A DNA stretch of 64,000 nt, taken from an uncultured Lactobacillus sp. (GTDB lineage Bacteria; Bacillota; Bacilli; Lactobacillales; Lactobacillaceae). The position numbers and the translations under genes are program-made. Below the pieces are notes generated by a model. That model was not told the DNA's origin and made no database searches. It saw only the letters and a program-made list of their open reading frames with translations. Positions 20,551-31,733 of the stretch are shown here, piece by piece. Location: positions 8,502 to 72,501 of the forward strand of contig NZ_CANBCQ010000003.1 in assembly GCF_947367125.1 (NCBI RefSeq). Direction: 5' to 3'. Positions within the stretch are counted from its first letter, which is position 1; the number at the start of each line of letters is the position of its first letter.

Positions 20551-21894
20551 TTAATTGATCTTCTTTTTTTCTTTATCTTTAATTGGTTCAACAATAAACC
20601 AACGCATAAATCCTTGCTCGATACTGTCCAAGGTAAATTTATATCCTTCAAGCTCTACAGCTTCGCCCTTCTTTAAGTTAGGATAATGTTCCATCATATA
20701 GCCACCGATAGTAATAATATCACTATCTTGAAAAGCTTTTAAATCAGTATGGAAGAAACGTTCAAAATCGTACAAGGTAGTCTTACCTGAAACATGAACA
20801 TTTCCTTCTTTGTCTTTAATGATGTAATCATCAGAAACATCATCAATTTCATCTTTAACAGAACCGAAGAGCTCTTCATAAATATCCTTATCAGTTACGA
20901 TTCCACTAGTACCACCATATTCATCAACTACCAACACAATTGGCGTATGCTTAGAGATCATCAAATGTAAGATATCTTGGATTGGCATTGATTCAGGCAC
21001 CGTAATAATCGTTCTAATAATTCTGGTTACAGGTACATGCCCATCAACTTGGCTTTGTTGGACTATATCATAAGCATAAACGTAACCAACTACATCATCT
21101 TTATCATTGTCACGAACAACTGGAAAACGGCTGTAACCTTCTTCAAGATACTTCTTGAGTGCATATTCAATCGTATCAGTTGAATCAAGAACCGACAATC
21201 TTGTACGGTCAGTCATGATATCTTTGGCAACTTTATCGTTCAATTCGAAGGCTCTTTCCATATAAGTCAAGTCTTCTTTATCAAGTGAACCGCCATGAAC
21301 CGCGTTACGTGATAATTTTATGATTTCAGATTGTGAATAAACTTCATTTTCTTCATCTGCTGGATCAAAGCCCATCAGCTTCAAAATACCATTTGAACTA
21401 GTATTTAATAGCCAAACAAACGGATAAACTATCGTATGAAAGATATGAAGTAGAGTCACAATTCCCATCATCATTTGTACTGGCTTATCAATTGCGATAT
21501 TTTTAGGCACAACTTCAGTTAGGACAACTTCCAAATAAGTTAGCAAAACCACGCCTAAGATCGCACTTACCGACTTAATGAGTGATTCATTCATCGGTGT
21601 TAGATGAAAAAGATCTTCCAAAATGGTAGCAAACGTATCAGCTGAGAACCAGCCTAAGACTACCCCAACTAAAGTAGTCCCAACCTGAGTAGTTGACAAA
21701 TACTCATTTAGGTTATGCGTCATATGTAAAGCACGACGCAATTTCTTTTTATTTCCCTGACCCTTAGCCAACATATCTTCAAGCTGACTTGGTCTTGTTT
21801 GCACTAACGCGAATTCCGCAGCAACAAAGAATGATGCAACGACAAAAATTAATAATGTTGCAACTAAATTAGTTGCTATTTGAGCTGGACTCAA
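20551..21894 (-). CDS. CNNM/CBS/CorC hemolysin-family protein (Mg2+/Co2+ efflux-like)
   Basis: FFVAAEFALV, STTQVGTT, EVVPKNIA, YSRFPV, VDEYGGTSGIVT. Confidence 0.9.
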   Translation of the reverse strand: MSPAQIATNLVATLLIFVVASFFVAAEFALVQTRPSQLEDMLAKGQGNKKKLRRALHMTHNLNEYLSTTQVGTTLVGVVLGWFSADTFATILEDLFHLTPMNESLIKSVSAILGVVLLTYLEVVLTEVVPKNIAIDKPVQMMMGIVTLLHIFHTIVYPFVWLLNTSSNGILKLMGFDPADEENEVYSQSEIIKLSRNAVHGGSLDKEDLTYMERAFELNDKVAKDIMTDRTRLSVLDSTDTIEYALKKYLEEGYSRFPVVRDNDKDDVVGYVYAYDIVQQSQVDGHVPVTRIIRTIITVPESMPIQDILHLMISKHTPIVLVVDEYGGTSGIVTDKDIYEELFGSVKDEIDDVSDDYIIKDKEGNVHVSGKTTLYDFERFFHTDLKAFQDSDIITIGGYMMEHYPNLKKGEAVELEGYKFTLDSIEQGFMRWFIVEPIKDKEKKKIN

Positions 21895-21995
21895 AGTATT
21901 ATCACCTTTTTTACAAATATATTACTAAAGCCTATTTTACCATTTATTACTTAAAATAGTGTAGTTTTACACAAGGTATTGTAGGTTTAAGCAAT

Positions 21996-22676
21996 TTATT
22001 CAGTTACTTTGTAAATCTCAGCAAATGGAACTCGTTTTGGAATGTATTTTGGATCATTAATTTCAGCATTTTTATCAACGTATCCTAGTGCGATCGCCAT
22101 TCCTACAGCTTCATCTTCAGGAATTCTAGCATACTTTCTTACTAATTCTGGATATGAAACCATTGAGTGAGCTGGCATAACACCTAACCCACGATTAATT
22201 GCCAAAAGCATGATACTTTGTGCAAAAATTCCTAAATCAAAAACAGACCAAGCTGGTGACTTCTTAGGAACAGTTAAAAAGACAATTACAGGCGCATTAA
22301 ACATTGTCTTATTAGCGTCATTGAATAATTGCAATTTATTTCTAAAGAAAAAGCTTTGCGATGCACCCATCGTAACCATATTGCGACTAGGAAAAGTATC
22401 CCAATCTAAAGATAGCATTGAAGCAAAATCTTCGTGAGCAGCTTCTTTATTATTAACTTTATCTAATGAAGCCGCCTTAAATTCATTTAATGCATCCCCC
22501 ATCAAAACATAAGCACGCCATGGCTGAGAATTGAGCAATGAAGGTGACTGTTGTGCCTTTTTAATGATTTCAGCAATAGTTTTTTCTTGTAATTTTCGAT
22601 TTGTAAACTTACGAGTTACGTGCTCGTTTTCATAAACATCTTTAAAATTCATTTCTATTTTCAGTCCTTTATCCAA
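21996..22676 (-). CDS. Nitroreductase-family protein
   Basis: RKFTN, QSPSLLNSQPW, DLGIFAQSIMLLAINRGLG. Confidence 0.88.
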   Translation of the reverse strand: MDKGLKIEMNFKDVYENEHVTRKFTNRKLQEKTIAEIIKKAQQSPSLLNSQPWRAYVLMGDALNEFKAASLDKVNNKEAAHEDFASMLSLDWDTFPSRNMVTMGASQSFFFRNKLQLFNDANKTMFNAPVIVFLTVPKKSPAWSVFDLGIFAQSIMLLAINRGLGVMPAHSMVSYPELVRKYARIPEDEAVGMAIALGYVDKNAEINDPKYIPKRVPFAEIYKVTE

Positions 22677-22724
22677 AATAATAACATCCTATATTTAATT
22701 ATAGTTAAAAACTGCTAAAAAAGC

Positions 22725-23003
22725 TTAATTATTGTTCAACTTTTTTGCCTTTTCTTGTTTTTTCTTTTCCGCTGTCTGCTTTTTTAAATAAGCGCTCATT
22801 GCCAAGTCATTTTTGCGCATAGCAATAAATGCAGTAATGGTCAGGGTCAATCCACCAATACAAATTATAAGTAGGCCTAGTGGAAATAAAAAATCTGCAC
22901 CATTAGGAATAAATGATGCCTTAACTACCCAACAGCAAATCCCGATTAGCATCAAAATAATGCCCACAACAACAGCTTTAGTATTCGGTCGATATCTTTT
23001 CAT
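22725..23003 (-). CDS. Small two-TM hypothetical protein
   Basis: 92 aa, two hydrophobic helices and a basic tail. Confidence 0.6.
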   Translation of the reverse strand: MKRYRPNTKAVVVGIILMLIGICCWVVKASFIPNGADFLFPLGLLIICIGGLTLTITAFIAMRKNDLAMSAYLKKQTAEKKKQEKAKKLNNN

Positions 23004-23120
23004 AAATACCCTTCTTTCTTAATTAATATTCTACCAAAAAAAGCTTAGCTTCACTGCAGAAGCTAAGCTTAAAACTATTAAAATAATCACTAAATTTTAT
23101 ATGAGAGAGGGAAAAATTGA

Positions 23121-23606
23121 TTATTTAAGTTCAATAGTTTGTACTTTTTGAGCATGTTTTACGTCGCCTTTTTCAATTGGCGTGACTGACTTGATCAGGT
23201 CCATGTTGGTATAAACAACAATACAACTGTCATCGTAACCCTTATCTAGAATCATTTGGAAATCCATTGTGGCTAAGGGTTGGCCTTTTTCAACTTTATC
23301 GCCTTGCTTAACATCTACTGTAAACGGAGCACCTTTTAATTCCACAGTATCAAGACCTAAGTGAATCAAAACCTCTAAGCCTTGTTCAGTCTTAATGCCA
23401 ATAGCATGTTTAGTTGGAAAAAGTGTAGAAATAGTGCCATCAATTGGAGCATAAATATGATTATCTTTAGGCTTAATAGCATAGCCATCACCTAACATCT
23501 TAGTTGAAAAGACATCATCTTTTACATCAGTAATTGGCATAATATCACCATCAACAACAGCATCTACTTCAATTCCCTTATTCTTTTTCTTAAAGAAATT
23601 AAACAT
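23121..23606 (-). CDS. PTS glucose-family EIIA
   Basis: DDVFSTKMLGDG, FPTKHAIG, LIHLGLDTVELKG. Confidence 0.93.
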   Translation of the reverse strand: MFNFFKKKNKGIEVDAVVDGDIMPITDVKDDVFSTKMLGDGYAIKPKDNHIYAPIDGTISTLFPTKHAIGIKTEQGLEVLIHLGLDTVELKGAPFTVDVKQGDKVEKGQPLATMDFQMILDKGYDDSCIVVYTNMDLIKSVTPIEKGDVKHAQKVQTIELK

Positions 23607-23626
23607 AATTAATAACCTCTGGATTT

Positions 23627-24124
23627 CTAAAATTCAAGTAACAATATCAACATAAAGCTTCCGAGTAATAATACTGCTGCAGTAAGTGAAATTGCAACAA
23701 CTACTCGACTCACACTATCTTGAGTCTTCTTTAAAGACTTTGCTCGATAAAAGCCTAAGATAGCTAGTACGACACACAGCAAGTTGCCAACCAAAAGCTG
23801 ACTGATCATCTGACTAACCATCAAGAAGCGATAAGTCTGACGATTAACTAAAAATTGTTTACGATTTAACAACATGTAGTAGCCTAGTATGAAGTCAACG
23901 ATAGCAACAATTGTACTAATCGCAATCATTGGTTGCTTCATAATCATCATTCTAATCGATTGACCAGAAGCACCACTTCGCAGTGCAATCATTGCCCAAA
24001 ACAATAGTGGTGCAATGAAAAGTACGTATGAATACCAAGTTAAGATTTTTTTGGTATCTAGGTGCATGTTTTCGGTTATTCGATCGATAAAGTCGCCTAC
24101 TTTTCGTTTACTAACTGCCCACAT
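23627..24124 (-). CDS. Hypothetical membrane protein in the PTS cluster
   Basis: 165 aa, four TM segments, overlaps the RpiR gene end. Confidence 0.65.
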   Translation of the reverse strand: MWAVSKRKVGDFIDRITENMHLDTKKILTWYSYVLFIAPLLFWAMIALRSGASGQSIRMMIMKQPMIAISTIVAIVDFILGYYMLLNRKQFLVNRQTYRFLMVSQMISQLLVGNLLCVVLAILGFYRAKSLKKTQDSVSRVVVAISLTAAVLLLGSFMLILLLEF

Positions 24125-24920
24125 TGATTTCTACATCCTCTCCTTGGCTCTGTTGCCAAGCTACATATTCACTAATTACCAAATCAATTAAGAAATACGC
24201 TGGGGTAAAGGCAACCTTGCCACTCTTAAAGTCAGCATCATCAGTAAAAGCAATTGTTGGAAAATAAATATTATGCTGCACTAACGAAGCTAATTTATTT
24301 TGCTTTAAGTTAGTGAATGAAACATATTTAAATTTATCATTCACTAATTCAAGCTTAGTGATTTCTTCATTGATTGTCTTATTATCGCCTGTAAAGGAAA
24401 TAATGAACAAAACATCACCTTTTTTAGCAAAACGACCTGCTGCTTTTAACTCATCCAATGCCGATGGTAACACAGTTGCATGCTTACCAACAACAAATAA
24501 CTCATGAGCTAAATATTGAGCGATCAACTCTTGTTGCCAACCAGTAGAATAAATGTAAATTGTACCTGCATTATTCAGATCACGATATAAATTATTAAAA
24601 TCATGTTGCTTGAAATACTTTAATACATCTAAATTCACTTTACTGAGTTCCCGCGCAAAATTATTTTCAATTTTGATCGGTTTTTGTTTTGATTCAGCCA
24701 ATTCAACCAAATCAAATTTAAGTTCACTGTAGCCACTTAACCCTAATTTTTTGCACAATCGAAAAATTGCTGATTCGGATACATAAAGTTTTTTAGCTAA
24801 TTTAGCCAAACTTAACTTGCTACAGTCTTTCGGATTATTTAGAACATATTGAATTATCTGCTTTTCAGAATCATTCAACTTATAACGATTGTCATAGACC
24901 ATTGATCTCAAATTTGCCAT
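24111..24920 (-). CDS. RpiR/GlvR-family transcriptional regulator (HTH + SIS)
   Basis: LNDSEKQI, SLAKLAKKLYVSESAIFRLCKKLGLSGYSELK, SFTG. Confidence 0.9.
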   Translation of the reverse strand: MANLRSMVYDNRYKLNDSEKQIIQYVLNNPKDCSKLSLAKLAKKLYVSESAIFRLCKKLGLSGYSELKFDLVELAESKQKPIKIENNFARELSKVNLDVLKYFKQHDFNNLYRDLNNAGTIYIYSTGWQQELIAQYLAHELFVVGKHATVLPSALDELKAAGRFAKKGDVLFIISFTGDNKTINEEITKLELVNDKFKYVSFTNLKQNKLASLVQHNIYFPTIAFTDDADFKSGKVAFTPAYFLIDLVISEYVAWQQSQGEDVEINVGS

Positions 24921-24980
24921 ATACCTGTGTCCTTATCACATTATAATTTATATATTAATAATAACACAAGCGCTTTCAAA

Positions 24981-26861
24981 TTATAGCAATTGTTTCATTT
25001 GATCAACAACTTGATCGGCATCCAATCCGATAACGATGTCAATTTCATTGTTATCTTTATGTTGTACTTCATAAGAATCTGCAATCTTCTTGAATTCTGA
25101 ATCTGGAGCAACCTTTTTTGGATCAACGACATGGGTTCTTACTCTAGTTGAGCAAGCAATCACATCTTGGATATTAGCATCGCCACCAAGCAAGTCAACG
25201 ATAGCAGTAGCTTTTTCAATATAAGGATTATCTGGTTCATTTGAAACTTTAGCTTCAGTTCCTTGTTCCTTCATCAACGTATTCATTTCATCAAGAACTT
25301 GAGGAACATCCAAACCAACGATAACTTGGATTGCTTTACCATGGTGAACAACATTAACGGCCTTGTTTGCCTTAAATGCTGCGTCTGAAGCCACCTTATT
25401 TGGATCAGCAACAGATACACGCAATCTAGTAGCACATGATGACAATTCAGTAATGTTTGAAGCACCGCCCAATAATTCTAGGTAAGCAGTAGCTCTTGCA
25501 ATGTAAGGGTCGTTAGCATCCTTACCAGCAGCTTCTGCAGCCTTCTTAGCCTTGTATTCTTTCTTAGAAAGAAGGTGAACATCTTGATCATCTGCTTCAC
25601 GACCTGGAGTAATGTAATTAAACTTCTCGATCATGATCTTGAAGACAAAGTAAGTAATGATACCGAAGATAATACCAACGATAAATTCCATTACGTAAAC
25701 TTTCCAGTGGTTTTGCCAAAGTGGAATCCAGTTCATTGATGCAATACCGATCGCACCATCTGACATGAAGCCTCTCAAACCGAAAAGCCACATAACTGTG
25801 TTCATCGTAGCTGACATTACTGAGTAAACTACCCAAAGAACCGGAGCAGCAAACAAATAAGTAAAGTCGATAGGTTCAGTAACACCTGCAAAAACTGAAG
25901 TCAATGCAGCTGGGATAAGCAAAGCAGAAGTTTGCTTTTTCTTATTCTTCTTAGCAGTTGCGTAAAAGGCAAGACAGATAAATGGTACTAAGAAGATCTT
26001 TTCATTACCGTAAAGTTGGAATCCTTCAACAGAAGCGATTTGTGAAAGTGGCTTAGTACTTGCAGCGTATTCGCTTAAGTGCTTCAACCAGTATGGTTGC
26101 AAACCACCAGCAACAACAGCTGGACCAAATTGGAATGGAATATATACCAAGTGGTGCAAACCAGTAGGAATCAAGACACGGTTCAAGAATTGGTAAATCC
26201 AAATACCGATGAATCCTGAATCAACGATGAAGTGTTGCATACCGATGATTCCCATTTGGACCTTTGGCCAGCCCCAACAAGTAATGACTGCTAATGGAAT
26301 CATTGCAAAGAATGAAAGGAAGTATACATAAGTTGAACCTTGGAATGTACCAAGCCATTCAGGCAACTTTTTATCAAAGTACTTATTGTGAATCCAAACT
26401 ACGATAAGAGCAATAACCAATGCACCTAAGATACTAGTATCAAGAGTCTTAATACCAGCAATGTTAGTCAAACCATGGTTAGTAGCGTTGGCTACGATTT
26501 GAATCTTATCAAAGTTAGGAATGCCAAAAGCAGCACCCCAGTGGTTAAGAATTGCACCGACAAAGTAGTTGAAAGTCAAGTAACTAATTACGGCTTCCAT
26601 CGCTGCTCTACCTCTAGCCTTATTAGCCAAACCGATAGGCAAACCTACTGTGAACAAAATACCTTCTTGGTTGAAGACCGTCCAACCACCGGCTGAGATA
26701 GTATCCCACACAGAGTTCCAAGTAGTGCCTGGATTAGCTATTGAGCCAAATAATGTTGGGTTATTGAACAAGCTCCCTAGAGCTACAACAATACCCGCAA
26801 ATGAGAACAGCATAACTGGGACAAACATTGCGGCCCCAAATCGCTGTATTTTCTGCATCAT
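24981..26861 (-). CDS. PTS alpha-glucoside-type (GlvC-like) EIICB with two EIIB domains
   Basis: IQRFGAAMFVPV, LIPTGLHH, GVTEP; EIIB motifs LLGG..NI...SCATRLR and LLGG..NI...ACSTRVR. Confidence 0.9.
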   Translation of the reverse strand: MMQKIQRFGAAMFVPVMLFSFAGIVVALGSLFNNPTLFGSIANPGTTWNSVWDTISAGGWTVFNQEGILFTVGLPIGLANKARGRAAMEAVISYLTFNYFVGAILNHWGAAFGIPNFDKIQIVANATNHGLTNIAGIKTLDTSILGALVIALIVVWIHNKYFDKKLPEWLGTFQGSTYVYFLSFFAMIPLAVITCWGWPKVQMGIIGMQHFIVDSGFIGIWIYQFLNRVLIPTGLHHLVYIPFQFGPAVVAGGLQPYWLKHLSEYAASTKPLSQIASVEGFQLYGNEKIFLVPFICLAFYATAKKNKKKQTSALLIPAALTSVFAGVTEPIDFTYLFAAPVLWVVYSVMSATMNTVMWLFGLRGFMSDGAIGIASMNWIPLWQNHWKVYVMEFIVGIIFGIITYFVFKIMIEKFNYITPGREADDQDVHLLSKKEYKAKKAAEAAGKDANDPYIARATAYLELLGGASNITELSSCATRLRVSVADPNKVASDAAFKANKAVNVVHHGKAIQVIVGLDVPQVLDEMNTLMKEQGTEAKVSNEPDNPYIEKATAIVDLLGGDANIQDVIACSTRVRTHVVDPKKVAPDSEFKKIADSYEVQHKDNNEIDIVIGLDADQVVDQMKQLL

Positions 26862-27115
26862 AATCGTTTACCTCTGAAGAAAAAAATTAAATCAATAACT
26901 TATTCTTACGTCACACCTACATCTATATCTTTTATTTCATCAGATCCAGTCAATTATAAGGTGTTTATCCAATTGACTTTTCTATTCGTGACTTGCACAA
27001 ACATTTACTCCTCAAAAATGTTTTAAGATAGAACATTCAGCTGATATCAAGTTCTGAATTTATCTCTATCCTAGTAGCTAGCTTACATTTTATTTATATC
27101 ATAGTTTCAAGCTTA

Positions 27116-27129
27116 TGTAAGCGTTTTTA
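27116..27129. promoter_or_regulatory. Putative cre (CcpA) site upstream of the PTS operon
   Basis: TGTAAGCGTTTTTA versus consensus TGWAANCGNTNWCA. Confidence 0.5.
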
Positions 27130-27470
27130 AAAATGATGACTTATCATTTCATAAAGTTAAGAGAATATTTCATTTCATGAAATTTATTTCAGGCGGTTAA
27201 TACTGTATATACCAATTTATATATCCTTTATCGGTCCTTTTACGGTCTATGTTCAACAAAATGCTTTACATGCGAAAATAGTTTGTCAAGAAATTTACTA
27301 TCGATTTTCACTATTTATATACATAAAATCAACTGCAATATATTTCATTTCGTGAAACGAAACAATTATGTCACCTGTTGATATTTCAATTATGACCAGT
27401 TCATCTTACTAAACTGAACCTAGATCCGGTATAATCAATGATAATATTTAATATATAAGGAGGAATTTTT

Positions 27471-28277
27471 ATGGCAATCAAATTCATAGCGCTTGATACT
27501 GACGGTACTTTACTTAATTCAAAAGGCCAGATCTTGACTAGTACAAAAAAAGCTGTCAAAGCAGCTTTAGATCAAGGAATAAAAGTTGCATTATGTTCAG
27601 GACGCCCGATTGCAGGATTAAAGCATTTTATGAACGAATTGGGAATTATAGGATCTGATCAATACGCGATTACCCTTAACGGAGCAATTACTAGAACGGC
27701 TGACGGCAAGACCATGACCGAGGATCTTGTTTCTAATCTGCTTTATCGTAAGATGTATGAGTTTGGCAAAAAGCATCACATTCCGTTCAACGTCGTCTCT
27801 CCTGATTCTAAAATTATTACAGGTGACCACGATGTAGATTTAATGGTCTACACCCAGGCTTATGAAAATTCTGCAACATTATATATTCGTGAGCCAGATG
27901 AACTTCCTGCTGATTTTGAAGTGGCTAAGGGATGCTTCGCCACTAAAGCTGAACTGCTAGACCAATGGGAAGATAAAATTAGACAAGAATTTGGGCAAGA
28001 GCTGTATATTGTTCGTGCTGATGATTGTTTCTTAGAACTACTTCACCCTAATATTAATAAAGGAAACGGATTAAAGGGATTAACTGAAAAACTTGGCATT
28101 ACTCCAGAAGAGGTCATGGCAATTGGAGACGAAAGAAATGATATTACCATGTTTAACTTTGCTGGGACAGCTGTTTGCATGGGAAATGGCTCTGAAGAAG
28201 CAAAAAAACATGCTGATTATGTTACCACTTCTAATGATGAAGATGGCATCAGCAATGCTTTTGAAAAATTTTTATAA
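27471..28277 (+). CDS. Cof-type HAD hydrolase
   Basis: ALDTDGTLL, LCSGRP, NKGNG, AIGDERNDITM. Confidence 0.92.
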   Translation: MAIKFIALDTDGTLLNSKGQILTSTKKAVKAALDQGIKVALCSGRPIAGLKHFMNELGIIGSDQYAITLNGAITRTADGKTMTEDLVSNLLYRKMYEFGKKHHIPFNVVSPDSKIITGDHDVDLMVYTQAYENSATLYIREPDELPADFEVAKGCFATKAELLDQWEDKIRQEFGQELYIVRADDCFLELLHPNINKGNGLKGLTEKLGITPEEVMAIGDERNDITMFNFAGTAVCMGNGSEEAKKHADYVTTSNDEDGISNAFEKFL

Positions 28278-28332
28278 ACAACCTAAAACAAGTATCTGAG
28301 AAATGATTAATCTTTCCTAGATACTTGTTTTA

Positions 28333-29181
28333 TTATTTATTCAAATATTCCCGCAAAGATGGCAAAACTTTCTCCGCTTCAACTCGTCCGACCTCATACA
28401 CCCGTTGTATTTCTTTTTTATCAGTTTCCAAAGTGCCAATTTCAAGCGAAAACGGTGGACGAATAACAAACGCCTTGCCAGCTTTTTCATCCTTCTCCAT
28501 TTGGTCAAGTACTGCGTTATAATCTTCAGCTCTTGTGGATAACTTCTCTAGTACTGCTGGATATTCACGCAAAAACACTTTCTCTAGTGGATAAAGTTTA
28601 CTCTGCTTCTTGCGGTAAGCTTTTGGCTGTGTCGTAATGACTACTTTTTTAGCACAATTTTTCTGCTTCAAAAAATCATACGGAATCGAATCAGATACAC
28701 CACCATCAAAATAGTAATGTCCACGAATTGCCACTGGATGAGCAAAAAATGGAATCGACGATGACGCTCTGATCCATTCTAAATCGGCATAACCTGCATC
28801 ATGCAATTGATGATAAACTGGCTCACCTGTTGCCGCATCGGTTGTCACACACCAGAATTCCATCGGATTGTTCATAAATTTTTCTTTATCAAAAACATCC
28901 AACTTATCAGGCAAAATATGGTAACAAAAGTTAGCAGCATACAAATTGCCAGAGCGCCGCCATGACTTCCAACTGGCATAATATGGTTTCCCTGCAAACC
29001 GCATGTTGTAGCGCAATACTCTTCCCTTTTGCTCCGACTTCAAGTTTACACCAAAGGCAGCACCGGCTGAAACGCCAATTGCTAAATCAAAAGTTACACC
29101 ATTTTCTAAAAAGACATCAAGTACGCCCGCTGTAAACAATCCACGCATCGCACCGCCTTCAAGTACCAAGCCACTTTTCAT
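28333..29181 (-). CDS. Patatin-like phospholipase
   Basis: LEGGAMRG, GVSAG, DGG; start MKSGLV at 29181. Confidence 0.9.
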   Translation of the reverse strand: MKSGLVLEGGAMRGLFTAGVLDVFLENGVTFDLAIGVSAGAAFGVNLKSEQKGRVLRYNMRFAGKPYYASWKSWRRSGNLYAANFCYHILPDKLDVFDKEKFMNNPMEFWCVTTDAATGEPVYHQLHDAGYADLEWIRASSSIPFFAHPVAIRGHYYFDGGVSDSIPYDFLKQKNCAKKVVITTQPKAYRKKQSKLYPLEKVFLREYPAVLEKLSTRAEDYNAVLDQMEKDEKAGKAFVIRPPFSLEIGTLETDKKEIQRVYEVGRVEAEKVLPSLREYLNK

Positions 29182-29245
29182 ATTTTCCTCCATCAAAAAA
29201 AGACCTATGCTTTTCACATAGGTCTAATTTATTCTTATTTTTTGA

Positions 29246-31648
29246 TTACTTCAAGCCAGACCATTGCCATTCGGTTACCTCTGGCATATCTTTACCATTA
29301 TCGCGAATGTATTGGTGGTGCTTTTCAAGCAAATCATCCATATGACTAATGAAGTCCGCATTCTTGCCCTTTAGCTTATCGATGCTTTCTACAGCATCCT
29401 TAGCCAAATCGAAGCGGTCAAGATGGTTCAAGACCCGCATATCAAATGGAGTAGTAATATCACCATTTTCTTCGTAGCAGTGAATATGAACATTGTAGCG
29501 CTTGCGAGCGAACCAAATTGATTCCATCATGCTCTTGTAGCCGTGCCATGCAAAGATTACTGGCACATTCTTAGGGAAGAGACGGTCGAATTCTTCAGTT
29601 GACAAGCCATTCTTGTTGTCCTTTGGATCCATTAGCTTCATGACATCAACTACATTAATGTAGCGAATCTTGAGGTCTGGGAATTGCTTATGCAAAATAT
29701 CGATCGCTGCCAAAGTTTCAATCGTTGGTTCAGTTTCAGTTGAGGCAAAGACAATATCTGGCTTAGCGCCCTTGTCAGTTGAAGCCCAATCAATGTAGCT
29801 TAAGCCCTTGTCGACCAGCTTTTGAGCTTCTTCAATTGAGAACCATTGTGGACGAGGCTGCTTAGAAGTTACCAAAACATTGATGCATTCTCTATCTTTC
29901 AAAGCCTTGTCGCCAACTGCCAAAAGCGTATTAGTGTCTGATGGCAAGTACTCATGAACAAGGTCTGGACGATTCTTTTCGTATAAGTGAGTCAAGATGC
30001 CTGGATCTTGGTGAGTGTAACCATTGTGGTCTTGTTGGAAGACAGTTGAGGTTGCGACAAAGTTAAGTGATGGGTAGTCATGACGCCAGTATTGTTCCTT
30101 AGCTTTTCTTAACCACTTCATGTGTTGGGTAAGCATTGAATCAACTACACGACCAAAGGCTTCGTAAGTTGCGAAGAAGCCATGACGACCAGTCAAAACA
30201 TAGCCTTCAAGGAAGCCTTCATCTTGGTGTTCTGATAATTGCGAGTCAATTACGCGGCCGCTTGGAGCCAAGTTTTCATCATTTGGCTCATGCACTTCTG
30301 GTTCCCATTGACGCTTTTGATCATCAAGCAATTGGAACAAACGGTTTGACTTGGATTCATCTGGACCAAAACCGCGGAAAGTAGTTGGGTTGAGCTTAGC
30401 TACTTCATCCAAGTACTTAGCCCATTCAACCATGTCTTGAGCTTCAACTGAACCCGGCTTGTCAAACTTCAAAGCAAACTTGCGGTAGTCTGGCAAGTTA
30501 AGGCGCTTAGGATCAAGACCACCGTTAGTAATTGGGTTCATCGCCATTCTGTGGTCGCCCTTAGCCGTGTTTTCAGTTACGATTTCCTTAGGTGAGCCAT
30601 CTTCATTGAACAATTCTTCTGGCTTGTAGCTTTCAAGCCAATCAGTAAGCATATCAGCGTGTTCCATATCGCCTTGAGCTACTGGGATTGGGATTTGGTG
30701 AGCCCGGAATGAGTTTTCAATTGGGTTGCCATCAAGATCCTTCTTAGGACCAGTCCAGCCCTTAGGGCATTGGAAGATAATCATTGGCCAGTGTGGCAAA
30801 GTAGCGTCATTGTTTTCACGGGCATGCTTTTGAATAGCCTTAATTTCTTCAATGACTTCATCCATAGTCTTAGCCATTTCTTCGTGAACCTGCATTGGGT
30901 CCTTCTCACCGTCAAAACGGCCACCCTTAAAGACTGAAACAAAGTGTGGATCCCAACCCATGCCACGGAAGTATTCAGTCAATTCTTCATCACTCATACG
31001 GGAAACAATGGTTGGGTTAGAAATCTTGAAACCATTAATTTGCAAGATTGGCAAAACTGCACCATCTTTGATTGGGTTAATGAACTTGTCGCTAAACCAT
31101 GAAGCAGCTAATGGACCAGTTTCAGCTTCACCATCACCAATTTCAACAGCGGCAATCACATCTGGATTGTCCAAAACAGCACCAGTACCGTGTGAAAGCG
31201 AATAGCCTAATTCCCCACCTTCATGAATTGAACCGGGGGTTTCAGGAGCAGCATGAGATGCCACACCGCCTGGAAAACTAAAACGTTTAAAGAGCTTAGC
31301 CATGCCATTTTCATCTTGGGTAATCTCTGGGTAACGCTCAGTATATGAACCATCAAGGTAAGAGTTAGAAACCATTACCTGACCACCGTGACCTGAACCT
31401 TCAATATAGAACATGTTCAAATCATACTTCTTCAATACTCTATTCAAGTGAGCATAGATAAAGTTTTGTGGTGCAATGGTGCCCCAGTGACCAATTGGCT
31501 TTGGCTTAACATCTTCTGCCACCAATGGAGTTTTAAGAAGAGGATTCTTCATTAAAAACAATTGGCCAACAGATAAGTAGTTGGCTGCGCGCCAATATGC
31601 ATCAACGCTCTTAAGGTAATCCTTTGAATCGTAATTAACTGCCATCAT
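29246..31648 (-). CDS. xfp: Xylulose-5-phosphate/fructose-6-phosphate phosphoketolase
   Basis: [44 protein letters not shown]. Confidence 0.97.
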   Translation of the reverse strand: MMAVNYDSKDYLKSVDAYWRAANYLSVGQLFLMKNPLLKTPLVAEDVKPKPIGHWGTIAPQNFIYAHLNRVLKKYDLNMFYIEGSGHGGQVMVSNSYLDGSYTERYPEITQDENGMAKLFKRFSFPGGVASHAAPETPGSIHEGGELGYSLSHGTGAVLDNPDVIAAVEIGDGEAETGPLAASWFSDKFINPIKDGAVLPILQINGFKISNPTIVSRMSDEELTEYFRGMGWDPHFVSVFKGGRFDGEKDPMQVHEEMAKTMDEVIEEIKAIQKHARENNDATLPHWPMIIFQCPKGWTGPKKDLDGNPIENSFRAHQIPIPVAQGDMEHADMLTDWLESYKPEELFNEDGSPKEIVTENTAKGDHRMAMNPITNGGLDPKRLNLPDYRKFALKFDKPGSVEAQDMVEWAKYLDEVAKLNPTTFRGFGPDESKSNRLFQLLDDQKRQWEPEVHEPNDENLAPSGRVIDSQLSEHQDEGFLEGYVLTGRHGFFATYEAFGRVVDSMLTQHMKWLRKAKEQYWRHDYPSLNFVATSTVFQQDHNGYTHQDPGILTHLYEKNRPDLVHEYLPSDTNTLLAVGDKALKDRECINVLVTSKQPRPQWFSIEEAQKLVDKGLSYIDWASTDKGAKPDIVFASTETEPTIETLAAIDILHKQFPDLKIRYINVVDVMKLMDPKDNKNGLSTEEFDRLFPKNVPVIFAWHGYKSMMESIWFARKRYNVHIHCYEENGDITTPFDMRVLNHLDRFDLAKDAVESIDKLKGKNADFISHMDDLLEKHHQYIRDNGKDMPEVTEWQWSGLK

Positions 31649-31705
31649 TATTCTCCTTTAAGCAATTAAGTTTGCTCTTTTATTTGTTCTTTTGTTTACA
31701 CCTAT

Positions 31706-31733
31706 ATGATACCAAATTATTTTAAAAGTTCAA
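31706..31733 (-). promoter_or_regulatory. Putative sigma-A promoter of xfp
   Basis: TTGAAC-16 nt-TATCAT with TG extension. Confidence 0.5.

Noticed and set aside
26862-27470. Longest intergenic gap as a large structured ncRNA (ROOL/GOLLD/OLE-like)
   Set aside because: Very AT-rich with no extended GC helices; explained by divergent promoters and a cre site
28333-29181. Patatin gene as a CBASS CapV-type defence effector
   Set aside because: No cyclase or other defence genes nearby; ordinary stand-alone patatin context
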